This document shows positions 51,641 through 64,000 of a stretch of DNA of 64,000 nucleotides, piece by piece (within the stretch, counting starts at the first letter, position 1; the number at the start of each line of letters is the position of its first letter). The notes under the pieces were generated by a model that saw only the letters and a program-made list of their open reading frames with translations, searched no databases and had not been told where the DNA came from. The translations under genes and the position numbers were made by a program. The DNA is from Mobula birostris (taxonomy: Eukaryota): NCBI RefSeq assembly GCF_030028105.1, contig NC_092372.1, positions 103,048,687 to 103,112,686 of the forward strand, written 5' to 3'.

Positions 51641-53352
51641 TCAGTTTTTTGATTTGTGTTGTTTCCCACCTGTAAAATAATTGAATAATTTGTATCATTA
51701 CCCACAGATTTTCAGCATATACTGTCTCAAGCAACAGCGTTAAAAGAGTTTTCAAACTGACTTTCCACAAAAAGATGCTTTGGAAACTTGCTCGTACCTC
51801 GTTGATATTGCAAAAAGTATAAACCAAAATGCGTTGTACTGTGTTCATTTCTAACATCTCACAAAGTTATACCATGCAAGCATATAATGTACCATTGCTG
51901 TCTTCCCTGGCAGCAACAGTTCACTATCTACTGTACTGATCTGAGTTGGATCACTTCCTGGCACCCATTTATCATCCTATCATCTCTTTACAAGGAAAGT
52001 CTCTAGAGCAGGCCTTCCCACCTTCTTTATACCGTGGACTCCATGTTGTGAACCCCTGTTCTAGAGAGTGAATACCATCATTAATCAAGGGATCCAAGGA
52101 CCCCATGTTGTGAACCGCTGTTCTAGAGAGTAAACGCTGTCTGTAGCTCCAACACCAAGATGCTGGAGACCAACCAGGACAAAGCATTCTGTGCAACTGC
52201 CACCCCAATAATTTATTCACCCAACTGCCCCTACTCTATGGCTGCAAACAATGGTGAAAATCATTATTTAATATTTTATTCCCAACATCTCTGGTAAGAC
52301 TAAAAATCATTCTTCATTCATTAATCTCAGCTAGAGTTAAAGGGTTTGATAAGCTGTACCAGACATCAGTTCTGCAATTAATAGCTTTATGGTGACCCAA
52401 TCTCTACTTCCTGGTCCCTACCACAGTTCCAAGGAACATTAATAATGTGAGAGGCTCAGCTCTGACAGCAAACATGGCGAATGAGTTTGCTGTCATTCCA
52501 GGTTACGGCTGGAATGACAGTGAGGAGCAGACAGCTCCCTCCACTATGAAGGGCAGGAGTCACAAAGCAAAAACAATTCTTTACATCTACGTTACTTAGC
52601 AGCTTAAGAGTAAAATTTTGACAAGCACCAAACACTGACCTTTCATGGCTGTTATGAGAGCCTGCAACCACCTGGCATCAGGATCCACACACACTTTCAT
52701 CTCATTTTTCAGGGTGACACTGCGAAAAGACAGTATCATTCAAAATTTAATTCACAGAAACAGTTTGTCTTCTCTTGAAGTGCACAGTTTATGAAATAAA
52801 CATCAGAAAAGGAATGAAGTTAAAGTTGATTATCTGGCTGCTTTACTCACATTATCTCTGCTCTCTCACAGTGGGATCCTTTGGGAATGTATTTCAAGCT
52901 CCTGATGGACCTCGGATGAATAACATCAAAGCTGGTCTGAATGCAGTGGCACCGTCCTTGTGCTCCTGGGATCGGAACACCTGAGGAAAGATTATATTCA
53001 CTCAGATTTCATTGTTGCATCGAGAACAAAGCCTGTAAAACTTGCTGATAATTTCTCCAGTGTTTTTGCTTCATCAACGCATCACCAGACAGGAGCTTGC
53101 ACATCTCACTCTCAAATGTTGCAGGAAAGCTGCATGAATTAATCTTATATAAATCTGATGCTGATGCAATTTACAGTTACAGAGATTTAAATATTCCTCA
53201 CTTTAATTGCTTTCTACATTGTAAACAATACAAGAACCACAAAATAGGTACATCACTTGAATAAAACTCCAGTTCAGATATCTCAACGTACCCTGTGCAG
53301 CAATGGCACACAGAAGGAGGATGAGGATGGTTACAGTGGCTGTTCTGTCCAT
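51641..53352 (-). CDS. C-X-C motif chemokine, ELR-negative, copy C; exons 53352-53292, 52980-52851, 52719-52640, 51669-51641; 99 aa
   Basis: Reverse-complement copy with intact ATG, splice sites and stop. Carries T71M (NET to NEM) and ends GGKQHKSKN*. Confidence 0.93.
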
Positions 53353-53440
53353 CTTCCACTTTGTACTGCAGACGGATCTTCTGTTCAATGCAGCTGTTCT
53401 CTGCTGAATCGAGACATGTTGAAACCATTCAGTGAGCTTC

Positions 53441-53838
53441 TATTTATTGGGGCACTCTTCTCCAATTTGCATAATCTCATGCAGGGAACTCTGCCAAACA
53501 CTGACGTCCTGAAGCAGGGGATTTTCTGCTCCCAGCTCAGATCTACTTTCACTTCTGTAGCTTTACATTTCAGCATGTGTGTGCTTCAGAGCTGTAATAG
53601 GATTATCTATCAATATAACTGTTGATTCTGTTGGATTAATTTGAAGATTGATTTGTTTATTTTCAGGAAGAAATGAATAATTCACTTTTAGCAAAGTTAA
53701 TGGTGCAAATGAACCAATTGTTTGCTTTCTAGCTTTAAAATTCCAGTTCTGGGCCTTATTCTCACAGGTTTGGAAAGTCTGCAGTTCAGGAGAGCATGCT
53801 CACTACAAGATGGAGTTTATACCTGCGATTTCTGGGAA
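53441..53838 (-). promoter_or_regulatory. Promoter of copy C (kB site carries a substitution)
   Basis: On the + strand: TATTTATT 53441; ATTTGCAT ~53465; GGGGATTTTC 53517-53526; ACTTTCACTT 53545; TTCTGGGAA 53830. Confidence 0.68.
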
Positions 53839-55610
53839 ATTGCTCTCCCATTCAAAATCTTCATGTTGCAGCATGTCTCCCAGCTCTTCAATGTTGCAGG
53901 TTTGGAAAATACATAGATATTTCCAACATTTGATACAATCCACACTTTGTCTGAAGAATCAGCATGTTGCTGCATTGGACCCAGACCTGGAATCATTCTT
54001 AAAACTTATCCATCCTCAGTGTTCACATTCTAAATCCCTGCACACCTCAGCACTGAGATTAAAGTTTTCCGGGATCCCAAATCATACCCAGCTCACAGAT
54101 AGGCTTATAGCGATGCTGAATCTGCTGTTTTTCAGCTCCAGGAGTCTTGAGGATGTGTTTGCTTATACCTTCAGGATATGCAGTCTTTACTGTATAGAAT
54201 AGTGTCTAGTCCTCAAGCCATTCTATACCTGATGACAACTAAATTACAATATTCTCAAAAGCACACACAAAATACTGGAGCTACTCAGCAAGTCAGGCAG
54301 TATTGTGCAGATGTGAACTTTTAGGACTTACAGAATAGAGCCTGGTCTCTGAAACATGCTATATTCTTTGATAACTACCATTGAATAAGCTTACTCAATT
54401 AAACGTTTAAACCTCAAGTATTATACTCAATTATTCTCTGGAATTTATTTAACACTTCCCCAATGTCTCTACCAGTCCCATACACGAGTAATAGGATATA
54501 TTATGTATAGATAGTGGGTTTATATGTGAGCAAAAATATTTGTGTGGAGAATAGTGTGGGATAAGTTGGACAATATTGCAAGATCTGACCAGATTATTAT
54601 GTGCTGTAATAAGGCTTTTGCTGGAATATTTGCTGCAGCAACAACTGTTCATTGTGCTCGTCATCCAAGAGTGACGAAACATCAGCTTCAGGGCTTTCTG
54701 GAGCTGGTTCAAGTTTTAGTTCCCAGATTTGTGAATTGTGGAGCCTGGAGCCGTGTTGACTCCTCCCCCTGGGGAAAGTACAAACGTCAGTGAAATTCAG
54801 AACTGCAGCACAGATTGCAGCCCGTGTTTGTGAGGCCACGTGATCTCCAGGAAGTCAGCTTGTTCGACACTTCATGATGTTCTATACATTGAAGTCTACA
54901 CTTGTTCCTGTTTGCTTATCATTTGAAATATATCACAACAAACAAAAAGACTATTCCCAGATCAGCCATGTTACAAGCACGTTGGAGTAAACAGAAGCAA
55001 TCTGTTTTAAGTGTGTATAGTATTTTTTACTGTTCTCCATTAACAAAGATAATGAGTTTCACGGGTGGTACAAGGCCAGGAGCCAACTTCTACTGCACTG
55101 GTAAAATGAATTGTTAATATATTAAATTCACCCATATCAGTAGTTCATGAAAATCAACAAATTAATCAGCATGTCTAAAATTCAACACAGGGGCACGTGT
55201 TTTTTTTCAGAAAACCTGCACTTGACAACCACGAGATTCCTGTACAACACTAGCAGTATATTCAATGTCAGAATCTGCTTCCCTTTCTTTGGCTGTTGCA
55301 TCCAATAATTTCCAAAGTTATGTTTTGATGCAGCTCTTTCAATACCACATAGCTACTTTGCCCAGGTTGCAGAGGTGGACCCAGTGTAATCAGTCTCCAA
55401 GTAGATTTAAACTGAACTATGTGAGGAATACAAAAGTGAATTGATTTTCTCAGCATTGGCGGCCAAAGCAGATTAAATTCTGATCCTGACTTTGCTTAAC
55501 CGCACATACTGTTAAAAAGAGACAGTACATATCCATCCTCAGTCCATCAGATTTCACTGACACACTGACGTCCATTCCAGTGTCAGGTGTGATAGGATTT
55601 GCGATGTTAG

Positions 55611-58073
55611 GGGCAAACTCCCATACTCCCATACTGTTAGGTGTCTAGATGGTTTAGAGTTTGTAAAATATGTTCAGGAAAGTTTTCTAAATCAATATAT
55701 AGAGGGACCAACTAGAAGGGATGCAATATTGGATCTCCTGTTAGGAAACGAGTTAGGACAATTGACGGAAGTCTGTGTAGGGGAGCACTTTGGTTCCAGT
55801 GATCATAACACCATAAGTTTCAATTTGATCATGGATAAGGATAGATCTGGTCCTAGGGTTGAAGTTCTGAACTGGAAGAAGGCCAAATTTGAAGAAATGA
55901 GGAAGGATCTAAAAAGCGTGGATTGGGACAGGTTGTTCTCTGGCAAAGATGTGATTGGTAGGTGGGAAGCCTTCAAAGGGGAAATTTTGAGAGTGCAGAG
56001 TTTGTATGTTCCTGTCAGGATTAAAGGCAAATTGAATAGGAATAAGGAACCTTGGTTCTCAAGGGATATTGCAACTCTGATAAAGAAGAAGAGGGAGTTG
56101 TATGAAATGTATAGGAAACAGGGAGTAAATCATGTGCTTGAGGAGTATAAGAAGTGCAAGAAAATACTTAATTAAGAAAGTAATCAGAAGAGCTAAAAGA
56201 AGACATGAAGTTGCCTTGGCAGTCAAAGTGAAGGAAAATCCAAAGAGCCTTTGCAGGTATATTAAGAGTAAAAGGATTGTAAGGGATAAAACTGGTCTTC
56301 TTGAAGATCAGAGTGGTCGGCTATGTGCGGAACCAAAGGAAATGGGGGAGATCTTAAATAGGTTTTTTGCATCTGTATTTACTAAGGAAACTGGCATGTA
56401 GTCTATGGAATTGAGGGAATCAAGTAGTGAGATCATGGAAACTGTACAGATTGAAAAGGAGGAGGTGCTTGCTGTCTTGAGGAAAATTAAAGAGGATAAA
56501 TCCCCAGGACCTGACAGAGTGTTCCCTCGGACCTTGAAGGAGACTATTGTTGAAATTGCGGGGGCCCTGGCAGAAATATTTAAAATGTCGCTGTCTACGG
56601 GTGAGGTGCCGGAGGATTGGAGAGTGGCTCATGTTGTTCCGTTGTTTGAAAAAGGATTGAAAAGTAATCCGGGAGATTATAGGCCGGTGAGTTTAACGTC
56701 GATAGTAGGTAGGTTATTGGAGGGAGTACTAAGAGACAGAATCTGCAAGCATTTGGATAGACAGGGACTTATTAGGGAGAGTCAACATGGCTTTGTGCAT
56801 GGTAGGTCATGTTTGACGAACCTATTGGAGATTTTCGAGGAGGTTACCAGGAAAGTGGATGAAGGGAAGGCAGTGGATATTGTCTACATGGATTTCAGTA
56901 AGGCCTTTGACAAGGTCCCGCATGAGAGGTTAGTTAGGAAAATTCAGTCGCTAGGTATACATGGAGAGGTGGTAAATTGGATTAGATATTGGCTCAATGG
57001 AAGAAGCCAGAGTGGTGGTAGAGAATTGCTTCTCTGAGTGGAGGCCTGTGACTAGCGGTGTGCCACAGGGATCAGTGCTGGGTCCATTGTTATTTGCCAT
57101 CTATATCAATGATCTGGATGATAATGTGGTAAATTGGATCGGCAAATTTGCTGATGATATAAAGATTGGAGGTGTAGTAGACAGTGAGGAAGGTTCTCAG
57201 AGCCTGCAGAGGGACTTGGACCAGCTGGGAAAATGGGCTGAAAAATGGCAGATGGAGTTTAATACAGACTAGTGTGAGGTATTGCACGTTGGAAGGACAA
57301 ACCAAGGTAGAACATACAGGGTTAATGGTAAGGCACTGAGGAGTGCAGTAGAACAGAAGGATCTGGGAATACAGATACAAAATTCCCTAAAAGTGGCGTC
57401 ACAAGTAGATAGGGTCGTAAAGAGAACTTTTGGTACATTGGCCTTTATTAATCAAAGTACTGACTATAAGAGCTGGAATGTTATGATGAGGTTGTATAAG
57501 GCATTGGTGAGGCCGAATCTGGAGTATTGTGTTCAGTTTTGGTCACCAAATTACAGGAAGGATATAAAAAAGGTTGAAAGAGTGCAGAGAAGCTTTACAA
57601 GGATGTTGCCAGGACTTGAGAAACTCAGTTACAGAGAAGCATTGAATAGGTTAGGACTTTATTCCCTGGAGCGTAGAAGAATGTGGGGAGATTTGACAGA
57701 GGTATATAAAATTATGATGGGTATAGATAGAGTGAATGCAAGCAGGCTTTTTCCACTGAGGCAAGGGGAGAAAAAAACCAGAGGACATGGGTTAAGGGTG
57801 AGTGAGGAAAAGTTTATAGGGAACATTAGTGGGGGCTCCTTCACACAGAGAGTGGTGGGAGTATGGAATGAGCTGCCAGATGAGGTGGTAAATGCGGGTT
57901 CTTTATTAACATTTAAGAATAAATTGGACAGATACATGGATGGGAGGTGTATGGAGGGATATGGTCCGTGTGCAGGTCAGTGGGACTAGGCAGAAAATGA
58001 TTCGGCACAGCCAAGAAGGGCCAAAAGGCTGGTTTCTGTTCTGTAGTTTCTATGGTTTCTATGGTTTTCTATG
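55611..58073 (+). mobile_element. CR1-type LINE, 5'-truncated and relatively young (end of endonuclease plus RT)
   Basis: KSPGPD, YRPVSLTS, YMDFSKAFDKVPH, GVPQGSVLGP, KFADD; (TTTCTATGG)n tail; TSD GTTAG; absent from the paralogous site at ~38440. Confidence 0.92.
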
Positions 58074-58722
58074 GTTAGAATTTCCAAATGTTCGACTTCA
58101 TTCAGAAAATTATTCTTTCAGGTTCCCACTCCGGATACCAGGTACACACTCAGTTTGGGGTTGATGGCTACTGGCAGTAGTTTAGGTAGGTAAGGACCTC
58201 CCATGTACGGTTGAGCCTGAATAAAGAGACACTTTTGTATCTAGACCACATCAATACATCAATATTCCAGACCCTTGTGCCCAGGAACAATTCACGGACC
58301 ATTCAGAAATCTGATGGCGGAGGGGAAGAAGGTGCTCTAAAACACTGAGAGTTTATCTTTAAGTTCCTATGCTTCTGCCTGATTATAGTCAGAAGAAGAG
58401 GTCACACCACTAATGATGGACATCCTGAATGATAGACTCTGTATCCTGGACAAAACGTATTTAGAAGGTGTTCTCGATGGTGGGTGGGCAGATGCCCGTG
58501 ATGGGCCAGGCTGAAACAACGACCTCTGCAGACTCTTACAATCCTGTCTATTGGTGTACACAGTCTAATTCAAGTGAATTAGCAATTGAACATCAGCTAG
58601 CACATGGGCTTCACACAGCAAGTTCTTGATATAGTGCGAAGGGGGACAACTACAAAGTGAGTTCTTCCACACTGGAATTAATGCTCACACGTAAGAGGGA
58701 AGATGTTCAAACACAATATGAT

Positions 58723-58972
58723 NNNNNNNNNNNNNNNNNNNNNNNNNNNNNNNNNNNNNNNNNNNNNNNNNNNNNNNNNNNNNNNNNNNNNNNNNNNNNN
58801 NNNNNNNNNNNNNNNNNNNNNNNNNNNNNNNNNNNNNNNNNNNNNNNNNNNNNNNNNNNNNNNNNNNNNNNNNNNNNNNNNNNNNNNNNNNNNNNNNNNN
58901 NNNNNNNNNNNNNNNNNNNNNNNNNNNNNNNNNNNNNNNNNNNNNNNNNNNNNNNNNNNNNNNNNNNNNNNN
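58723..58972. other. N run (250 nt), gap or masked sequence
   Basis: Same paralogous position, in inverted orientation. Confidence 0.95.
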
Positions 58973-59119
58973 GTTATCCACCCTCCTGTTAATGAGCCAT
59001 TGAGTTTAAGGGACTGTTGGATTAACAATTAGTGATAACCTGTGAATTAGCAGTAAGAAATATGACATTTAATGGTCCATGCTGGACAATTGAGCTATTC
59101 TTAATGCCAACTTCAGTTT

Positions 59120-60990
59120 TCTCACATAGAACATAGAACACATAACAGTACACCACAATACAAGCCATTTGGCTCATGATGTTGTGTCGACATTTTAACT
59201 TCCTCCAAAATCACTCCAGTGCTTTCCACAAACATTGACTTCCATTTTTCTTCCATCCACGTGCCTATCATAAATGCCTTTAATATATCTACCTTCAACA
59301 CCACCCCGGCATCTTGTTTCATGCAGCCATCAATCCCTGTACAAAAAACGTAGCTCTGACCTGCACCTATACTTTACTCTAATCACCTTAAAATTAAGTC
59401 CTCTCATATTTACTTCCTGGGAAAAGGGCACTGAATGTTCACTCTGTTAATGTCTCTCACCATTGTTTACACTGCTGTAAAATCAGCTCTCGCCCTCCTA
59501 CTTCCAAAGAGGAAAACCCAAGCCTGCTCAACCTTTCCTCATAATACATGATGTCTAATCCAGCCCATCTCCTCTGCAACCTCTCTGAAGCTTCCCCGTC
59601 CTCACTACAATGAGGCAATCAGAAATGAGCACAATATTTTAAGTATGGTCTAATCAGAGTTGTCCAGAAATGCAAAATTATCTTGTAACTCTTCAACTCT
59701 GTTATTCAACTTCTGAAAGGCAAAACATCATGGCGTTCTCAAACACTTTACCAATCTGCACATCATTTTTGGAAGATATACATACATGGTCCCCACAATC
59801 ACTTTGTTCCTCCACACTGCTACGAATTCTGCCATTAACCCTGTACCTGGCCTTCAAGTTCAAACTCACAAAATGTATCACTTCACACTTTTCCAGATCA
59901 AACTCCATCTCCCACTTATGCATCCTTCAATTTCCGATTATAACCTACGGCAACCTTCCACACTATCCACAACATTGCCAACCCTTGCAACATCCAGAAA
60001 CTTACTAAGCTGTCCAACTACTTACTCATCCAAGTCATTTATAAATATCACAAAGAACAAGGCTCTCATAACAGATCACTGTGAAACACCTCTGGATACC
60101 AACCTGCAGGCAGAATATGCTCCATCTACTACCACCCTCTGCCTTCTGTGGGCAAGCCAATTCTGTATCCATGAGGGCAGTTCTCCATGCATCACATGCC
60201 TCCTGACTTTCCGAGTGAGCATGCTATTGGGAGCCTTCTCAACTACCTTACTAAACGCCATATACACCACATCCACTGCTCTGTCTTAATCAAATTGTAT
60301 GCTCATTTCCTTGCAGAATTCAATCAGGCTTGTGAGACATGATCTGTCCTTTGCAAACTCGCACTGACTATCCCTGATCAAGTCTATGCTTCTCCAAATG
60401 TAATTCCTGTCTCAAAGACTTCTCTCCAGTCATTTTCCTACCAATGGCATAAGATTCACAGATCTATCATTCCGAGGTTTATCCAAATTACCTTACTCGA
60501 ACAAAGAAATAATATTTGTCCACCTCCAATCTTCTGGTACTACTATTGTGAACATTAAGAATGCAAAGATCATCACTAAAGGTGCAGCAATCTCTTCTCT
60601 TGCTCTCTCAGTACCCGGGGTAAACCTTGTTCAGTCACAGGGAATTACCTATCCGAATGTTTCTCAAGAGTTCTACACATCCTCTTTCTTAATGTTGACA
60701 TGTCGCAGCCTGTTCAATGATAACCTCTCATTTGTGAAGCTCCCTCCCATTGGTGAATGCTGAAACAAAGTATTCATTGAGGACCTCCCCTGATCCTTCA
60801 AATAAAAGTATGTTTCCACTTTTATCGCTGATGGTCATATCTCAAGCTAATCATCCTCTGGTTCTTCACATACAGTACATGTAGAATGAGCTGATGTTTT
60901 CCTTAATCTTACTCACCAAGGTCTTCTCATGTCCTTTTCTGGCTCTCCAAAATCCAGTCTTAATCTCCTCCTGGCTACTTCATAATTCTT
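59120..60990 (-). mobile_element. Old CR1 relic in unit D
   Basis: Reverse-complement paralog of 44010-45880. Confidence 0.8.
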
Positions 60991-62577
60991 CAAGCCCAAA
61001 ATTTCAGTTTCTGGTCTGATGTTAATTGCACTGCAGATCCAGCTCGTCTGTGTTAAGTTACAATGACAGGTATGTCAATTGTCCTGACAAAGAATCTTCT
61101 GGCTTTCTCAACGATTCCACAATTCAGTAACTTTGTACTAACCTGTGCCCTTCATCTGTGCAGTTGAGTAAATGTCACAACTATCTCAGTGTGTTTTAAC
61201 CAAGATGAGTTCAGCGATTTCAATTTACCGGCATTTCAGGCGTTGTATGCAAATATTTAAAGTGTCATGAGGCAAACTTGAGCTCAACTATATAGCACTA
61301 TATACATTGTACATTGTGCTTATGATAATTATCCCTTGAAAATATCACCCATTATCTTAATTCTCCGAATACAAAACATTAAATTTAAGCTGAAAGTTTT
61401 GAAACCCGCTAAAATTCCCCACAGCCATTGTGCAGATTTGGCTGAGGACGCACTGCTCTTCATTCTTTAATTAGTTCATTTATTAAATGAAGAAACACAG
61501 GACCATATTCTGAAGATTCAGAACCACTGACAACAAATTCTTTTTTAGAAATACAATTTATTTTAATTTCTTAAATACATTTGAGGAATGTTCAACAAAT
61601 TCATTCACATATAACAAAAGTCCAGCTTTGATCGATAATAAACTGAATCCAGTCAGTAAAAGTTCCCTCAAGACAAAATATTTCCATCCACATATAAAGT
61701 TTATTCTTACTTAAAACTTTTATTTCATCCAGTGATTATCAGACTATTAGCAGCACTATCTTCGAAAATGTAGATATTTTACATAAAAATTACATCAGTG
61801 GAGAGTTTACTTCAACAGATTCTAGATAGATTCTAAAATCTGACGCTTTACAAAAAAACACCATATTTTCATGAAAATATCAACTGTCAAAAACTTGCAG
61901 TAAAAAGGCACAAGGTGATTTCAGACATTTTTACTGTTATTTCTATAGAAGAATGTTTCATTCAAATTAGAACACTTTTGGTCCAATGTACTGCCATCAG
62001 TATATCACCATTTCCGAAAGAATTTAAGCAGGAAAGGGGAAGGTAGGAGTGGGAATTGTTGTAAACAATTCTATGGGTCCACCTGTTTTAATTTCAGGGA
62101 TGGCAGAGAGCACAGTCCACCACCCATCACTGGCTTCCCTTGCAGACTGAGATCATTTTAACTCTGTAGTCATGGAGATTCATCCACCATCTTAGTTTAA
62201 TACCACCATCATCTCCCAACCCGATAGCTAATATTATATTTTAGCAAATGACTACAGACCCATTTACACTTTTCCACAAGGTCACAGGTCCAGAATCTAG
62301 TTGAATTACCAGAAATTGCACAAGAACCCTATGATTTTCAGAAAATGTAACACAAACATCAGATGGTGTCCTCAAATGCAAACAGGTCGTGCGTCCAGGT
62401 AAAAAAAATGTCCTGTGACAAGAAGGAACAGCAAGATCAATCTCTGAAGACAATGAAGAGGAGACACTGGAATGAACCACTGGATGGTGATATCACAGAG
62501 TCAATACCCAGGGCTGAGCTTCCATCATTCCCCATCGGATGATCCAGAGATGGAATTCATTTGCTCATTTTGCAGCT

Positions 62578-63919
62578 TCAGTTTTTTGGTTTGTGTTGTT
62601 TCCCACCTGTAAAATAATTGAATAATTTGTATCATTACCCACAGATTTTCAGCATATAGTATCTCAAGCAACAGAATTAAATGAGTTTTCAAACTGACTT
62701 TCCACAAAAAGATGCCTTGGAAACTTGCTCATACCTCATTGATATTGTAAAAGGTATAAACCAAAATGCATTGTACTGTGTTCAAGTTCATTTCTAACTT
62801 CTCACAAAGTTACACCATGCAGGCATGTGATGTACCATTGCTGTCTTCCCTGGCATCAACAGTTCATCTGTGTTGATCTGAGTTGAATCACTTTCTGGCA
62901 CCCATTTACCATCCTATCATCTCTTTACAAGGATAAATTCTAGAGCAGGCCTTCCCACCTTTTATTGTACTATGGACTTTGTGTTGTGAACCCCTGTTCT
63001 AGAGAGTGAACACCATCATTAAGCAAGGGATCCATAGACCCCCATGCAGGGAACCCCTGTTCTAGAGAGTAAACACTGTCTGTAGCTCCAACACCAAGAT
63101 GCTGGAGACCAACCAGGACAAAGCATTCTGTGCAACTGCCACCCCAATAATTTATTCACCCAACTGCCCCTATTCTATGGCTGCAAACAATGGTGAAAAT
63201 CATTATTTAATATTTTATTCTAAACATCACTGGTTAGACGATAAATCATTCTTCATTCATTAATCTCAGCTGGAATTAAAAGGTGTGATAAACAGTATCA
63301 GACATCAGTTCTGCAATTAGTAGCTTTATGGTGACCCAATCTCTACTTCCTGGTCCCTACCACAGTTCCAAGGAACATTAATAATGTGAGAGGCTCAGCT
63401 CTGACAGCAAACATGGCGAATGAGTTTGCTGTCATTCCAGGTTACGGCTGGAATGACAGTGAGGAGCAGACAGCTCCCTCCACTATGAAGGGCCAGAGTC
63501 ACACAGCAAAAACAATTCTTTACATCTACGTTACTTAGCAGCTTAAGAGTAAAATTTTGACAAGCACCAAACACTGACCTTTCATGGCTGTTATGAGAGC
63601 CTGCAACCACCTGGCATCAGGATCCACACACACTTTCGTCTCATTTTTCAGGGTGACACTGCGAAAAGACAGTATCATTCAAAATTTAATTCACAGAAAC
63701 AGTTTGTCTTCTCTTGAAGTGCACAGTTTATGAAATAAACATCAGAAAAGGAATGAAGTTAAAGTTGATAATCTGGCTGCTTTACTCACATTATCTCTGC
63801 TCTCTCACAGTGGGATCCTTTGGGAATGTACTTCAAGCTCCTGATGGACCTCGGATGAATAACATCAAAGCTGGTCTGAATGCAGTGGCACCGTCCTTGT
63901 GCTCCTGGGATCGGAACAC
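62578..63919 (-). CDS. C-X-C motif chemokine, copy D (5' partial; exon 1 outside the window); exons 63919-63790, 63658-63579, 62606-62578
   Basis: Exons 2-4 are intact with canonical splice sites; ends GGKQHKPKN*. The window ends inside intron 1. Confidence 0.88.
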
Positions 63920-64000
63920 CTGAGGAAAGATTATATTCACTCAGATTTCATTGTTGCATCAAGGAGAACAAAGCCTGTAAAACTTGCTGATAATTTCTCC

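Larger units (their letters stand above)
50450..64000 (-). repeat. Two inverted duplication units (C ~50450-58200, D ~58200-end)
   Basis: Continuous reverse-complement homology to units A and B. Confidence 0.88.

Overview
Vertebrate genomic DNA, most likely from a cartilaginous fish (ray-type CR1, Rex1-like and Penelope repeats; this is inference). The ORF track misses the real genes because they are spliced. The window holds a tandem and inverted cluster of a 4-exon, ELR-negative CXC chemokine (MDRTATVTILILLLCAIAAQG|VPIPGAQGRCHC...C...C). Copy A (25557-27257, +), copy B (40693-42414, +) and copy C (53352-51641, -) are complete. Copy D (-) has exons 2-4 in the window and exon 1 beyond the edge. 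A fifth, destroyed copy survives only as an orphan exon 4 fused to a Gypsy element (35471-35487). Each complete gene sits in a ~10 kb segmental duplication unit with GAS, IRF, NF-kB, CRE and C/EBP-octamer promoter motifs. The first 24 kb contain gene-less remnants of the same unit plus many mobile elements: a full-length hAT transposon, Gypsy relics, solo LTRs, CR1 and Rex1-like LINEs and Penelope-like elements. The paralogs differ at functionally plausible sites (C-terminal truncation, glycosylation sequon, kB site) and show mosaic ancestry consistent with gene conversion. No prokaryotic-type system is evident.
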